This document shows, one piece after another, positions 11,021 to 21,440 of a DNA stretch of 64,000 bases. The DNA is from Candidatus Eiseniibacteriota bacterium (GTDB lineage Bacteria; Eisenbacteria; RBG-16-71-46): positions 96,001 to 160,000 of the forward strand of contig JBGAML010000005.1 of the NCBI GenBank assembly GCA_044223005.1. The letters are read 5' to 3'. The position numbers were made by a program, and so were the translations under genes. Numbering within the stretch: position 1 is the stretch's first letter; each line of letters opens with the position of its first letter. Under the pieces are notes generated by a model, which worked only from the letters and a program-made list of their open reading frames with translations, had not been told where the DNA came from and ran no database searches.

Positions 11021-11465
11021 GGGGAGCCTCCGGATGGGAAGAGGTGCGTGACGGTGATCCATTGTCCCCGGCCACGAGCGGGCCCGGCAATCGAAAAGCG
11101 GGCGGGGGTGTCCCACCGGAGTGGTAGTTCGGTGGCGGCGCTCCCCCCGACCATCGACGGGCGTTTCGCGGTTGTTGCCCACCGAATCGCCCGCTAGTTT
11201 TGCGGCGCACGGCAACGCCCTCGACCGCCGGGGAGTCCCATCGCCCTCTGCGGATGTCGGCATCGCATGGCTCGATCGTCCGCGCTTCCAGTACTTCGAT
11301 CCCGCCGCGCACCACCCACGCTCGGAGGCCCTTCATGCCGCCTCGGCCGGCCACCCGCAGGATCCCGAGGGTTTCGCCGCGATCCTGGATCACGACCCTC
11401 GGTGCCGATCCGGCCGCCGCATGTCCCCGGGGCCCTGGCGGACGGCATCTCTCGGAGAGGACCTC

Positions 11466-12425
11466 ATGAAGCATCGCACTTTCGGCCGCCTGGGTTGGGA
11501 CGTCAGCGAAATCGGCTATGGCATGTGGGGCATGGGCGGATGGACAGGCTCCGACGACGTCGAATCGATGGCGTCACTGGAGCGGGCCGTCGATCGAGGC
11601 TGCAACTTCTTCGACACGGCGTATGCCTATGGGCTCGGACACAGCGAGCGCCTGCTCGGGCAGCTGCTGCGCGCACGCCCGGCCGAGCGGCTCTACGTCG
11701 CGACCAAGCTGCCGCCCAAGAACATGAAGTGGCCCGCCGGTCCCGGCGCGACGCTCGCCGATTCGTACCCGGCGGATCACATCCGCGAGTACGCGGAGAA
11801 GAGCCTCGCGAACATCGGTGTCGGCACGCTCGACCTGCTCCAGTTCCACAGCTGGAACGACGACTGGACTCCGGAAACCGAATGGCAGGAGGCGATCGCC
11901 GCGCTCAAGGCCGAGAGGCTCGTGCGCGCGGTGGGCATCAGCATCAACCGCTGGGAGCCCGAGAACGCCATCCGCGCTCTGCGCACGGGGCTCATCGACG
12001 TCGTGCAGGTGGTCTACAACGTCTTCGACCAGGCACCTGAGGACGAGCTGTTCCCGGTCTGCCGCGAGCTCGGGATCGCGGTGATTGCGCGCGTACCGTT
12101 CGACGAGGGCTCGCTCACCGGCAACCTGACTCGCGAGACGACGTGGCCCGAGGGCGACTTCCGCAACATCTACTTCGCCGGCGACAAGCTGGCGGAGAGC
12201 GTCGAGCGCGCGGACCGCCTGCGACCCGAGATCCCGGCCGGCATGACGATGCCCGAGCTCGCGCTGCGCTTCATCCTCGCGAATCCGGACGTCTCCACGA
12301 TCATTCCCGGCATGCGCAAGCTCGCGAACGTCGACGCGAACATCGCCACGAGCGATGGGCGGCCGCTCGATGCGGCGTTGGTCCAGCGCCTGCGCGGGCA
12401 TCGCTGGGATCGCACGGCGGGCTGA
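11466..12425 (+). CDS. Aldo/keto reductase
   Basis: VSEIGYGMWGMG, FDTAYAYG, VATK, DLLQFH, IIPGMR. Confidence 0.9.
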   Translation: MKHRTFGRLGWDVSEIGYGMWGMGGWTGSDDVESMASLERAVDRGCNFFDTAYAYGLGHSERLLGQLLRARPAERLYVATKLPPKNMKWPAGPGATLADSYPADHIREYAEKSLANIGVGTLDLLQFHSWNDDWTPETEWQEAIAALKAERLVRAVGISINRWEPENAIRALRTGLIDVVQVVYNVFDQAPEDELFPVCRELGIAVIARVPFDEGSLTGNLTRETTWPEGDFRNIYFAGDKLAESVERADRLRPEIPAGMTMPELALRFILANPDVSTIIPGMRKLANVDANIATSDGRPLDAALVQRLRGHRWDRTAG

Positions 12426-12432
12426 CGAACGT

Positions 12433-12461
12433 CGAGGGCCGTCGCGCGGCGACGGCCCTCG
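12433..12461. terminator. Hairpin between convergent genes
   Basis: CGAGGGCCGTCGC-GCG-GCGACGGCCCTCG (13-bp perfect stem). Confidence 0.55.
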
Positions 12462-12494
12462 TTCGTGCGGACGGACGCGTGCCGGGCGCACGCA

Positions 12495-13463
12495 TCAGTG
12501 CTTGTCGCTGGCCTGCAGGAACGCGCGCACGGCGGCGAGGTACTCGTCCGGGTTGTCGTGCATCGTGAGGTGGCCGCTGTTCGCGATGCGCGTGAACGTC
12601 GCTCCCGGGATCAGCGACGCGAAGTACGCCGCGGTCGTCGGCGAGGCCTCGTCGAACTCGCCGGCCGTGACGAGCGTCGGCACCGCGATCTCGTGGAGCC
12701 GTGGCGTGGCGTCGTAACCTTTCAGCGTGCCGGTGATGGTGAACTCGCTCGGGCCTTCCATGTAGCCGTAGACGGGCATCGCGAGGCCGGCGAACGAGCT
12801 CTCGGCATCGGCGCTCATCGGCTGCCGGCGCACGACGAACCGCCCGTAGAACTCGTTCATGGCCGCCTGGTACTCGGGTGAACCGTACGTGCCGGCCCTC
12901 TCGTTGCGCGTGATCTTCTGCTGCGTCGAATCGGGCAGCAGGTGCTTGAGGCTGTCGGCGTCGTGTTCCCACATCGGGATGCTCAGCGCCGGGCTCGAGA
13001 GCACGAGCGCGTGCACGCCCGCGGGCTTCGTGAGCATGTAGTCCACGGCGAGGATCGTGCCCCACGAATGGCCGAGAAGATCGACCTCCTTCAGGCCCAG
13101 CTGCTCGCGCACCGCGGCCAGTTCGGCGACGAACCGCTCGCGCGTCCACAGCGTGGAATCCTTCGGCTGGTCGGACCGCCCGCACCCGAGCTGGTCGTAG
13201 AAGATCACCGGCCGGTCGGCCCCTAGCGCCGCGAGCGGCTTCAGGTAGTAGGAGGGCACGCCGGGTCCGCCGTGCAGCAGGAGCAGCGGCGTGCCCGGGC
13301 CGCTGCCGACGATCTGGTACCAGACGCGCCCGCCGGGAACGTTCACGTAGCCGGTGCGGCGAGCCAGGCCGCCGGCGGGTTCGGGCTTCGGCGTGCACGC
13401 GAGTGCGAGCGTGAGGACCAGGAGCGACGCGAGGGCCAGGAATCGGGAACGGATCGCCGACAT
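12495..13463 (-). CDS. Proline iminopeptidase-family alpha/beta hydrolase (probable lipoprotein)
   Basis: HGGPG, YDQLGCGRS, GHSWG and GEFD motifs; LAC lipobox. Confidence 0.85.
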   Translation of the reverse strand: MSAIRSRFLALASLLVLTLALACTPKPEPAGGLARRTGYVNVPGGRVWYQIVGSGPGTPLLLLHGGPGVPSYYLKPLAALGADRPVIFYDQLGCGRSDQPKDSTLWTRERFVAELAAVREQLGLKEVDLLGHSWGTILAVDYMLTKPAGVHALVLSSPALSIPMWEHDADSLKHLLPDSTQQKITRNERAGTYGSPEYQAAMNEFYGRFVVRRQPMSADAESSFAGLAMPVYGYMEGPSEFTITGTLKGYDATPRLHEIAVPTLVTAGEFDEASPTTAAYFASLIPGATFTRIANSGHLTMHDNPDEYLAAVRAFLQASDKH

Positions 13464-13613
13464 GGAGCACCTCCGGGGAGCGGGGAACGGGAAGGACGGC
13501 GCGCACTCTAGCGCATCGCCCTGCGCGTTCGAGCGCCCGATCCCGGCCCCCGGCTGCGAGCCCTGTTTCACTCGCGTCCCGAGAGCCGTTACCTTGGCCC
13601 CGGGAGGGAACAC

Positions 13614-14210
13614 GTGAAGATCCAGAGCGTCGAGTTCGTCCTGAGCGCCGGACACGAGTCCGAGTGCCCGCCGGGGGCCATGCCGGAGATCGCCGTTTCC
13701 GGGCGGTCCAACGTCGGCAAGTCCTCGCTCCTCAACTCACTCTTCAAGCGGCGGGACCTGGTCAAGGTCTCCTCGACGGCGGGGAAGACGCAGCGCCTCA
13801 ACTTCTTCCTCGTCAACCAGCGCTTCCACCTGGTGGACCTTCCCGGCTACGGCTACGCCAAGGCGCCCGCCACCGCACGCACGGCGTGGAGCAAGATGAT
13901 GCAGGGCTACCTGCGGAATCGGCGCCAGCTGGTGGCCCTGATCCAGCTCGTCGACATCCGCCACGATCCCTCGCGTGACGATCGCGAGATGGTCCAGTGG
14001 CTGCGCGAGGAGGACATGCCCTTCTGCCTCGTCGCGACCAAGGCCGACAAGATCGGGACGACCAAGCAGGCCGACGCGCTGCGCGCCTTCGCCCGCACGC
14101 TCGAACTCCCGGCCGATCACCCGATGTTCGCGCACTCGAGCGAGACCGGTGCCGGCCGCGAAATGCTGCTCTCCTGGGTCGGCGCCGTCATCGACGCGGC
14201 ACGCGGATGA
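13614..14210 (+). CDS. engB: Ribosome-biogenesis GTPase YihA/YsxC
   Basis: GRSNVGKSS, DLPGYG, TKADK. Confidence 0.95.
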   Translation: MKIQSVEFVLSAGHESECPPGAMPEIAVSGRSNVGKSSLLNSLFKRRDLVKVSSTAGKTQRLNFFLVNQRFHLVDLPGYGYAKAPATARTAWSKMMQGYLRNRRQLVALIQLVDIRHDPSRDDREMVQWLREEDMPFCLVATKADKIGTTKQADALRAFARTLELPADHPMFAHSSETGAGREMLLSWVGAVIDAARG

Positions 14211-14614
14211 CCTCGGAGGCGCCGCCCGCCTGGCGCGCGCGCCTGCGCGCGAGCCGCGCGCTGCAGGTCGTCGTGCTGCTCGCGCTCTGGGGCGCCGGAG
14301 AACTGCTCCAGCGCGCGCTGCACCTGCCGTTCCCGGGCTCGATCGCGGGCTTCGGCCTGCTGCTCGCGCTGCTCGGCCTGCGTGTGCTCGAACCGGCGGA
14401 CGTCGAGAAGGGCGCCGCGGTGTTCCTCGCCGAGATGCTGCTCTTCTTCGTCCCGGCCGTGGTCGCGGTGGTGGATCACCCGGAATGGCTCGGGAATCTC
14501 GGCCTGCGGCTGCTCGTCGCGATCCTCGCCGGCACCGCGATCGTGATGCTCGTGACCGGCGCGGTGGTCGAGGCCTGCTGCCGGCTCCTGCCCCCGGAGC
14601 GTTCGTCGCGATGA
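14207..14614 (+). CDS. CidA/LrgA-family holin-like protein
   Basis: LPFPGSIAG and MLLFFVPAVV motifs; ATGA overlap with engB. Confidence 0.85.
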   Translation: MTSEAPPAWRARLRASRALQVVVLLALWGAGELLQRALHLPFPGSIAGFGLLLALLGLRVLEPADVEKGAAVFLAEMLLFFVPAVVAVVDHPEWLGNLGLRLLVAILAGTAIVMLVTGAVVEACCRLLPPERSSR

Positions 14615-15315
14615 ACGTCCCGGTGCTGGTGCGCGACACGTTTCTCTGGTCCGTCATCACGCTGGCCTGCTACGTGGCGGCCAAGGCGCTGCACCGGCGC
14701 GTCCCGTCGGTGCTCGCGTCGCCCGTCGTCGTCGTGCCGCTGCTGCTCGCGCTCGCACTCGCCGGCACGCACACGCCGTACGCGCGCTACGCCGCGGGCA
14801 CGCGCTGGCTGGTGACGCTGCTCGCGCCCTCGATCGTCGCGTTCGCCGTACCCTTCCACGCCCAGCGCGCGCTGATCCGGCGTACCTGGCCCGCGCTCGC
14901 CGCGGGCGTGCTCGCGGGCAGTGCGGTGGCGATCGCCACATCGGTATGGCTCTCCAACGCGCTCGGCCTCGGCGCCGAACTGCGCGCGAGCCTCGTTCCG
15001 CGCTCGATCAGCACGCCCTTCGCGATGATCGTGTCGCGGGAGGTGGGCGGCACCCCCAACGTCACCGCCGCGATCGTCGTCTTCACGGGCGTCGTGGGGG
15101 CGATGATCGGCGAGGCGCTGCTGGCACTGCCGGCGTTGCGCCACCGGCTCGCGCGTGGCGCCCTGATGGGCATGGGCGCGCATGGCGTGGGCAGCGCGCG
15201 CGCGCACCAGATCGCGCCCGACCTGGGCGCCATCGCCGCGCTCGTGATGGTGCTGGCCGGCGTGCTCAACGTCCTGCTCGCGCCGCTCCTCGCGGCGTGG
15301 GGCGTCGGGCGCTGA
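14611..15315 (+). CDS. LrgB/CidB-family membrane protein
   Basis: PRSISTPFAM and GMGAHGVGSARA motifs; ATGA overlap with the previous gene. Confidence 0.88.
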   Translation: MNVPVLVRDTFLWSVITLACYVAAKALHRRVPSVLASPVVVVPLLLALALAGTHTPYARYAAGTRWLVTLLAPSIVAFAVPFHAQRALIRRTWPALAAGVLAGSAVAIATSVWLSNALGLGAELRASLVPRSISTPFAMIVSREVGGTPNVTAAIVVFTGVVGAMIGEALLALPALRHRLARGALMGMGAHGVGSARAHQIAPDLGAIAALVMVLAGVLNVLLAPLLAAWGVGR

Positions 15316-15349
15316 CGCCGAAGCGCCGGCGCCCGAAGCCGCATGCCGC

Positions 15350-17125
15350 CTACCGCAGGAGCACGACCTTCTGCGCCGCGCCGGCGGGGGTGCCCGCCAG
15401 GCGGTACCAGTAGATGCCCGGCTCGAGCGCGCGTCCGCTCGCGTCACGGCCGTCCCAGCGCACGGTGTTCTGGCCGGCCCGCGCGATGCCCCGGAACTCG
15501 TTCACGCGATGCCCCGCAGCGTCGAACACGCCCAGCTCGTACGGCGCGGACGACGGCATCATGAAGCGGAGCTGCGTGACGCCCTTGAACGGGTTCGGCG
15601 CGCCCGGCAGGGTCAGCGCCACCGTCCGGGTCTGCGGCGTCCCGTCGACGCCCGTGAACGAGGCGGACTGCCAGTAGATGTCATCGAGCCCGAACTCGCA
15701 GCTCGCGCCGTTGGTCTCGAGGATGACGAAGGGGTAGGCGAGCATGCGCAGGTCCATGAGCGTGCCGCGCAGGTCGTTCACCGGAATCGACGCCTGCCCC
15801 CATTCGCCGTTGCGCACGAGTCCGTACGTGGTCGTGTTGGCGGGGAAGGTGACGTAGTTCTGGTTCGTCCAGACGTCGGTGATGCCGATCTTGAACGTCA
15901 CGTTCGCCGGGATCTTGATGCGGAACTTGAGCGTACCGCCGCCCATGTCGAACAGGTTGGTGGGCTGCACCGACATGATTCCCGCACCGAACCAGCCCTT
16001 GGCGTTGGTCTTCCACGACAGGACGTTGCTGCCTTCGTAGGGCGCGATCGTGCCCGGCAGCAGCGTGCTCTCCCACACGTAGATGTTGGCGTCGATCGTC
16101 GGCGTGGCGTGACTCGTGGTCGGCGTGTTGTCGGTGTAGAGCCCGAAGCGGCCTTCCTTCGGCGTCGGCGGCCCCTGTGCCACTTCGCCCTGGCCGTTCC
16201 ACTGGTAGACCCGCACGTAGTCGACGTACATCGTCGCCGGCAGCGGCATCGTGACCGGCAGGCCCCCGGCGAGATTGCCCAGCACGCCGCAGTCGGTGTA
16301 CGCGCCGCTCACCGCGAGATTCAGGAGGAAGTAGAAGGGCTTCGTGAACTCGTCCTTGGCGTCGGCGCCGAAGACGAACGGCGACGCGTACAGGTCGTGC
16401 TCGACGCCGCTGTCCTCGACGGTGAAGCGCATGGACGTCGAGTCCCAGTAGCAGCGATAGATGAGGAAGCGGTTCGCGAGGCCGGGGGAGTAGTTGTAGT
16501 AGGGACGGTCGTACACGTCGGTCGGGTCATCGGCGATCATGGCCGTACCGGAGGGGCCGCCCCAGATCGCGTTGGCGCCCACCATCTGGTTCACGGTCGA
16601 GTTGTCGAGCCCGTTGCCGCCGTTGTGCGAGTCGTGGGCGTTGCGGAAGACCTGCTTCGCGCCCATCTCCATGAAGTCGACCTCGCCGCAGGACGGCCAG
16701 TCGAGCGTCTGCGTGCCCATCATCCAGAACGCCGGCCAGCCGCCGTTCGCGAGGTTGGGCACCTGGATGCGCGTCTCGATCATCCCGTAGCGCACGCTCA
16801 GGAACGAACGGCTGCTGAGCTTGCCCGAGGTGTAGTTGAGCGGACCGCCCCACGCGTCCACGATCCCGGGACCCGACTCGTTCTTGGCGATGATCCGGAC
16901 CGCCTTGTTGCCCGGCTCTCCCGGCACGTCGGCGATGTCGACGTTCTCGGCCTTGTAGAACTCGAGTTCGCCGTTGCCCCAGCCCCAGTTGCCGTTGCCC
17001 GTCACCTTGAGCCAGTGATCGAGGTTGTCGAAGTTGTCCTCAAAAAGGAGTGGGCCGACCTGTGCGTGGGCCGTGCCGGCGACGAGCAGCGCGGCCGCGA
17101 GGAAGGCGAGGAGAGACCTGCGCAT
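15350..17125 (-). CDS. GH16 beta-glucanase-like glycoside hydrolase with CBM-like module and FlgD/T9SS-like C-terminal domain
   Basis: GWGNGELEFY, WPAFWMMG, GEVDFME (ExDxxE), YVDYVRVYQ; tail PNPF...WDGRD...PGIYWYRL. Confidence 0.85.
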   Translation of the reverse strand: MRRSLLAFLAAALLVAGTAHAQVGPLLFEDNFDNLDHWLKVTGNGNWGWGNGELEFYKAENVDIADVPGEPGNKAVRIIAKNESGPGIVDAWGGPLNYTSGKLSSRSFLSVRYGMIETRIQVPNLANGGWPAFWMMGTQTLDWPSCGEVDFMEMGAKQVFRNAHDSHNGGNGLDNSTVNQMVGANAIWGGPSGTAMIADDPTDVYDRPYYNYSPGLANRFLIYRCYWDSTSMRFTVEDSGVEHDLYASPFVFGADAKDEFTKPFYFLLNLAVSGAYTDCGVLGNLAGGLPVTMPLPATMYVDYVRVYQWNGQGEVAQGPPTPKEGRFGLYTDNTPTTSHATPTIDANIYVWESTLLPGTIAPYEGSNVLSWKTNAKGWFGAGIMSVQPTNLFDMGGGTLKFRIKIPANVTFKIGITDVWTNQNYVTFPANTTTYGLVRNGEWGQASIPVNDLRGTLMDLRMLAYPFVILETNGASCEFGLDDIYWQSASFTGVDGTPQTRTVALTLPGAPNPFKGVTQLRFMMPSSAPYELGVFDAAGHRVNEFRGIARAGQNTVRWDGRDASGRALEPGIYWYRLAGTPAGAAQKVVLLR

Positions 17126-17434
17126 GGGGGATCCCTTCGGTTCGCGACTCGCGGACATGCCGGGCGTCGCATGAGCATCAAGAAGAGATGATGCCGGGGG
17201 TGCGGCGTTACTTTCACCGCCCTGATCTTAGGACTTTGTTCGCCATCCGCACAATGTTAGTTTCGCCCTGCGGAGGCTGGACACCCCGGCCGACGTGACT
17301 TCTCCTCGCGAGCCCTCCGCGCCGAACGAGACGGCAAATGCCGCCCACGGGACGCGGTCCCCACTCGCGACCTACATGCCGTGGCGTGCCCCACGCTGGT
17401 TCGAGCCCTCGCCGCGGCGAAAGGCAGGCCCGCA

Positions 17435-18055
17435 ATGAAGGCCTTGATTCCGATGTTCCGCGTGGCGCTCGCCGTCGTGGCGATCGCGCTCTTCGCGCAG
17501 GCGGCTGGCGCGCAGAACCTGCTGCTCAACTCCGACTTCGAGACCGGCGTGCTCACGCCCTGGGCCGGTGTCGGCGGCCTCGGCCCGAACGCGACCATCT
17601 CGGTCCTCGCGGGCGACAACGGCCCCTCGGGCCCCGGCACGCACTACGCGTACCTCAACAACCACGCCGAGGCCAACGGCCTGACGATGGCGCAGACCAC
17701 GCCGCTCGGCAGCGCGACGCCGGGTACCGTGTACTACTCGTACGACTTGAGCCTCGGCTCCGCGCAGAACGGCGGCGTCTTCTTCGTCGAGATCTTCGCG
17801 CAGAACGCGGCCGGCGCCGTCATCGGCAACGCCGGCCTGCAGGGCAACTATTCGCCCGGCACGTGGACGCACTACGCCGGCTCGTTCACCGCGCCGGCCA
17901 ACACCGACCACCTGACGATCCAGTTCGAAGCGCCGACCGGCGCCGTGTCCGGCAGCGTCTCCGCGATGAAAGTCGACAACGTGCAGCTGTACCAGCACGT
18001 CGTGACCCCGACGCTGCAGTCGACGTGGGGCCAGCTGAAGACCCTGTACCGCTAG
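17435..18055 (+). CDS. Exported CBM4/9-like protein with C-terminal TWGQLKTLYR tail
   Basis: Signal peptide, NLLLNSDFE, WTHY...FTAP, VDNV; divergent from the GH16 gene. Confidence 0.75.
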   Translation: MKALIPMFRVALAVVAIALFAQAAGAQNLLLNSDFETGVLTPWAGVGGLGPNATISVLAGDNGPSGPGTHYAYLNNHAEANGLTMAQTTPLGSATPGTVYYSYDLSLGSAQNGGVFFVEIFAQNAAGAVIGNAGLQGNYSPGTWTHYAGSFTAPANTDHLTIQFEAPTGAVSGSVSAMKVDNVQLYQHVVTPTLQSTWGQLKTLYR

Positions 18056-18285
18056 CACGACGCGGCCGGCCCTCGCGGCCGGTCCGGATGTTCGCGGCGG
18101 CCATTCTCTCCGAGGGTGGCCGCCGCTGCTTTCTCGCGTCGTGTCGCCTGCGCGCGACCCGCCCCAGCGCCGCGAAAGCTCCCCCCGCGCGAGCTGGATG
18201 TTGCTAGGATGCCGCGGCGGTACGCCGCTGACGCTCCGGCACGAAACCCTCTCGCACTTTCGCGCTGTCCGCCCGTGGAGTCCCC

Positions 18286-21200
18286 ATGTCCGACGAGCCG
18301 CACACGCCCGGTGACGCCCCCGACGAAACTCGCACCATGCACACGGTGGCCGGCGCTCCGGCCGCGGCCGACCTGGCGGGGATGCCCACCGAGATGGACG
18401 GCTACCGGCTGCTCGGCGTCCTCGGGCAGGGCGGCATGGGCGTGGTGTACCTCGCCGAGCAGAAGGAGCCGCGCCGGCGCGTCGCGATCAAGGTGATCCG
18501 CGGCAGCGCGCACGCCGACGCGCTGCACGTGCGGCTCTTCCGGCGCGAGGCCGAGACGCTGGGCCGGCTGCGCCACCCGAACATCGGCGCGATCTACGGC
18601 GCGGGTCGGCTGCCCGACGGCCGGCCGTACTTCGCCATGGAGCTGGTCGAAGGCCCGACGCTGGACGGCTACCTCGCCACGCGCCCTTCGCCGGCGAACC
18701 GGGCCGAACTGCTGCACCGGCTCGCGATCGCCGCGCGCATCGCCGAAGCCGTGCACTATGCGCACCAGCGCGGCGTGATCCACCGCGACTTGAAGCCTTC
18801 GAACATCGTCATCCCGAAGCCGGCCGACGGCGACACGCCGCACGCGAGCGGCGCCGGCGTCCCGGACCTCAAGGTGCTCGATTTCGGCCTGGCCCGGCTC
18901 ACCGACGACGACTCGCAGGCGAGCCTCGTGAGCGACGTGGGGACGATCCGCGGCACGCTGGCCTACATGAGCCCCGAGCAGGTGCGCGGCGAGACGCAGG
19001 CGCTCGACGTGCGCTCGGACGTCTACACGCTCGGCGTGATCCTGTACGAGATGCTCGCCGGCACGCGGCCGTACGACGTGAGCCGCACGGCGCTCCCCGA
19101 GGCCATGCGCGTGATCGGCGAGCAGGAGCCCCGGCCGCTGCGCGACCTGCCGAGCGGCGTGGCCCGGGTCGACACCGACCTGCAGAGCATCGTGCTCAAG
19201 GCGCTCGCCAAGGAACCCGAGCGGCGCTACTCCAGCGCCGCGGCCCTCGCCGAGGACCTCGAGCGCTACCGCAACTCCCAGCCCGTGCTCGCGCGCACGC
19301 CCAGCACGGCGTACCAGATCCGCAAGCTGGTCGCGCGCCACAAGCCACTCGTCGGGGCTCTCGCCGTCGCGCTGGCGGCGATCGTGGTCGCCGCGGTCGT
19401 GAGCACCGCCATGTTCCTGCGCGCGCGGACCGAGGCCGCCAAGGCACGGCAGGTCGCCGCGTTCCTGTCGGACATGCTCGAGGGCGCCGGCCCGTCGGTG
19501 GCGAAGGGACGCGACAGCGCGCTCCTGCGCGAGATCCTCGACCGCACGGCCGCCCGGGTTCGCAGCGAGCTCGCCGGGCAGCCCGACGTCGCCGCCGGCA
19601 TCGAGCAGGTGCTGGCGCGCACGTACCTGCGGATCGGGGACCTCACCGCCGCCGACGAGCATGCGCGCTCCGCGTACGAGACGAGTCGCCGCCTTCATCG
19701 CGGGGCGCACGAGGACGTGGCCACCGCGCTGTCGACGCTCGCCGAAGTCCGCTCGCTCCGAGGCCAGATGGTGAGCGCCGACTCGATCGGCCGCGAAGCC
19801 CTCACCATGTGGCGCGCCCTGCACCCCGAACCGCACCCGGGCACGGCGCAGGCGCTGATGACGCTCGGCAGCATCCATCTGGACGAAGCGCAGGTCGAAG
19901 CCGCCGAGCCGCTCATGCGCGAGGGACTCGCGATGAGCCAGAAGCTGTTTCCCAACGGCGACGGCTCCGTTGCGATCGGGCTCACCTCGCTCGGGAACCT
20001 GATGCACTTCAGCGGGCGGCTGGACGCGGCGGACTCGCTCCAGCGACTCGCGCTCGCCATGCACCGCCGGCTCGTCGGAGACCTCACTCCTGAGGTCGAG
20101 GTGGACCTCGTCAACCTCTCGCGGATCGAGCTGGACCGCGGGAACTTCGCCGTCGCGGAGTCGCTCGTGCGAGTGGGACTCGAGACCGGGGGGCGGATTC
20201 ACACGAGCGACTACCCCGAGCGCACGACCGAGTTGCTGGGGCTGGTGAACGTCTACCTGCGCACGGGCGCCACGGTGCGCGCGGAGTCGCTCGCGAGGGA
20301 AGCGGTCGCGGTCGCTCGGCGCGTGCGAGGCGGCGGATCGGTGGCGGTCGGCGATGCGCTCACCGGACTCGGCGTGTGCCTCGGCAACCAGGGACGCTCG
20401 GAAGAGGCGCTCGCGACGCACCGTGCGGCGCTCGCCGCCTTCCGCAGCGCCCCCGATGCCGGGCCGGCGCGCGTGGCCGGATCGCTCGACAATCTCGCCA
20501 ATGCGCTGGCCGCGCTCCGGCGATTCGACGCGGCGGACTCGGCCTACCGCGAGGCCATTCCGCTCAAGGTCTCTGCGTTCGGCGAGAACAACCCGTCCAC
20601 GCTCCTCACCAAGAACAACTACGGACGCATGAAGTTCTCGCTGGGTGACCTCGCCGGCGCGGAAGCGCTGTTCCGCGAAGTCCTGGACGGCCGGCGCAAG
20701 GTGCTGGGGGAGGAGAGCGACCAGGTCGCCGTCAGCCTGAACGACCTCGGCCGCGCCGCACTGGCCTGCGGGAGGTTCGCCGAGGCCGAGTCGCTCTGCG
20801 GCCGCGCCCTCACGATTCTCACGGCGCGTCTCGGCCCCGACGCGATGAACACCAACTTCGCGCGCAGCAATCTCGGGCGCATCTACCGCGAGCAGGGCCG
20901 ATACGCCAAGGCCGCAACGGAGCTGCGCAAGGCGCGCAACTATCTCGATCCCGTGTTCGGCGTCGGGAACCCCCAGACGGCATGGCTGCTGTGCGAGGTC
21001 GCGGGCGCGGTGGGCGCGAGCGGACGCTCGCGCGAATCCGATTCGCTGTTCCGCCGGGTGGCGCGCCTGCCTCCGGGACAGATGCCCCCGGCCGATGTCG
21101 CGCGATTCCACCTGGAGTACGGCGTGTATCTCGCGAAGATCGGCGACGACGCGGAGGCCGAGAAGCATCTCCTGCTCGCCGAGTCCGCGCTGCGCACGCC

Positions 21201-21399
21201 CCGCGAGTTCGAGGTGCGCCGTCGCGTGCGCGCGCTGGAGGCGCTGGTCGAAGTCGAGCGCGCCCGAGCGTCACGGGACGCGTCGCCGGCGCGCGCGGCC
21301 GCACTGCGTCACTGGATTGCGGTCCGTGACGCGGAAGTGCCGGAGCTGAACGCCGCGATGTCCGAGGGGCGGGCGCCGCGACTGGCCCGCACCGATTGA
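18286..21399 (+). CDS. Ser/Thr protein kinase with a TM segment and TPR repeats
   Basis: LGQGGMGVVY, VAIK, HRDLKPSN, DFG, YMSPEQ; repeated A..L...AL TPR units. Confidence 0.92.
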   Translation: MSDEPHTPGDAPDETRTMHTVAGAPAAADLAGMPTEMDGYRLLGVLGQGGMGVVYLAEQKEPRRRVAIKVIRGSAHADALHVRLFRREAETLGRLRHPNIGAIYGAGRLPDGRPYFAMELVEGPTLDGYLATRPSPANRAELLHRLAIAARIAEAVHYAHQRGVIHRDLKPSNIVIPKPADGDTPHASGAGVPDLKVLDFGLARLTDDDSQASLVSDVGTIRGTLAYMSPEQVRGETQALDVRSDVYTLGVILYEMLAGTRPYDVSRTALPEAMRVIGEQEPRPLRDLPSGVARVDTDLQSIVLKALAKEPERRYSSAAALAEDLERYRNSQPVLARTPSTAYQIRKLVARHKPLVGALAVALAAIVVAAVVSTAMFLRARTEAAKARQVAAFLSDMLEGAGPSVAKGRDSALLREILDRTAARVRSELAGQPDVAAGIEQVLARTYLRIGDLTAADEHARSAYETSRRLHRGAHEDVATALSTLAEVRSLRGQMVSADSIGREALTMWRALHPEPHPGTAQALMTLGSIHLDEAQVEAAEPLMREGLAMSQKLFPNGDGSVAIGLTSLGNLMHFSGRLDAADSLQRLALAMHRRLVGDLTPEVEVDLVNLSRIELDRGNFAVAESLVRVGLETGGRIHTSDYPERTTELLGLVNVYLRTGATVRAESLAREAVAVARRVRGGGSVAVGDALTGLGVCLGNQGRSEEALATHRAALAAFRSAPDAGPARVAGSLDNLANALAALRRFDAADSAYREAIPLKVSAFGENNPSTLLTKNNYGRMKFSLGDLAGAEALFREVLDGRRKVLGEESDQVAVSLNDLGRAALACGRFAEAESLCGRALTILTARLGPDAMNTNFARSNLGRIYREQGRYAKAATELRKARNYLDPVFGVGNPQTAWLLCEVAGAVGASGRSRESDSLFRRVARLPPGQMPPADVARFHLEYGVYLAKIGDDAEAEKHLLLAESALRTPREFEVRRRVRALEALVEVERARASRDASPARAAALRHWIAVRDAEVPELNAAMSEGRAPRLARTD

Positions 21400-21440
21400 C
21401 CGCGCGAGCCATCTCGCGCACCCTCGGCCGCGGAGGTCGC

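Noticed and set aside
17330..17410. GGCAAA...GGGACGC resembling a c-di-GMP-I riboswitch
   Set aside because: No GNRA-capped P2 stem and no AAAG after GGGACGC; the receptor motif is weak. It would need a cmsearch to revive.
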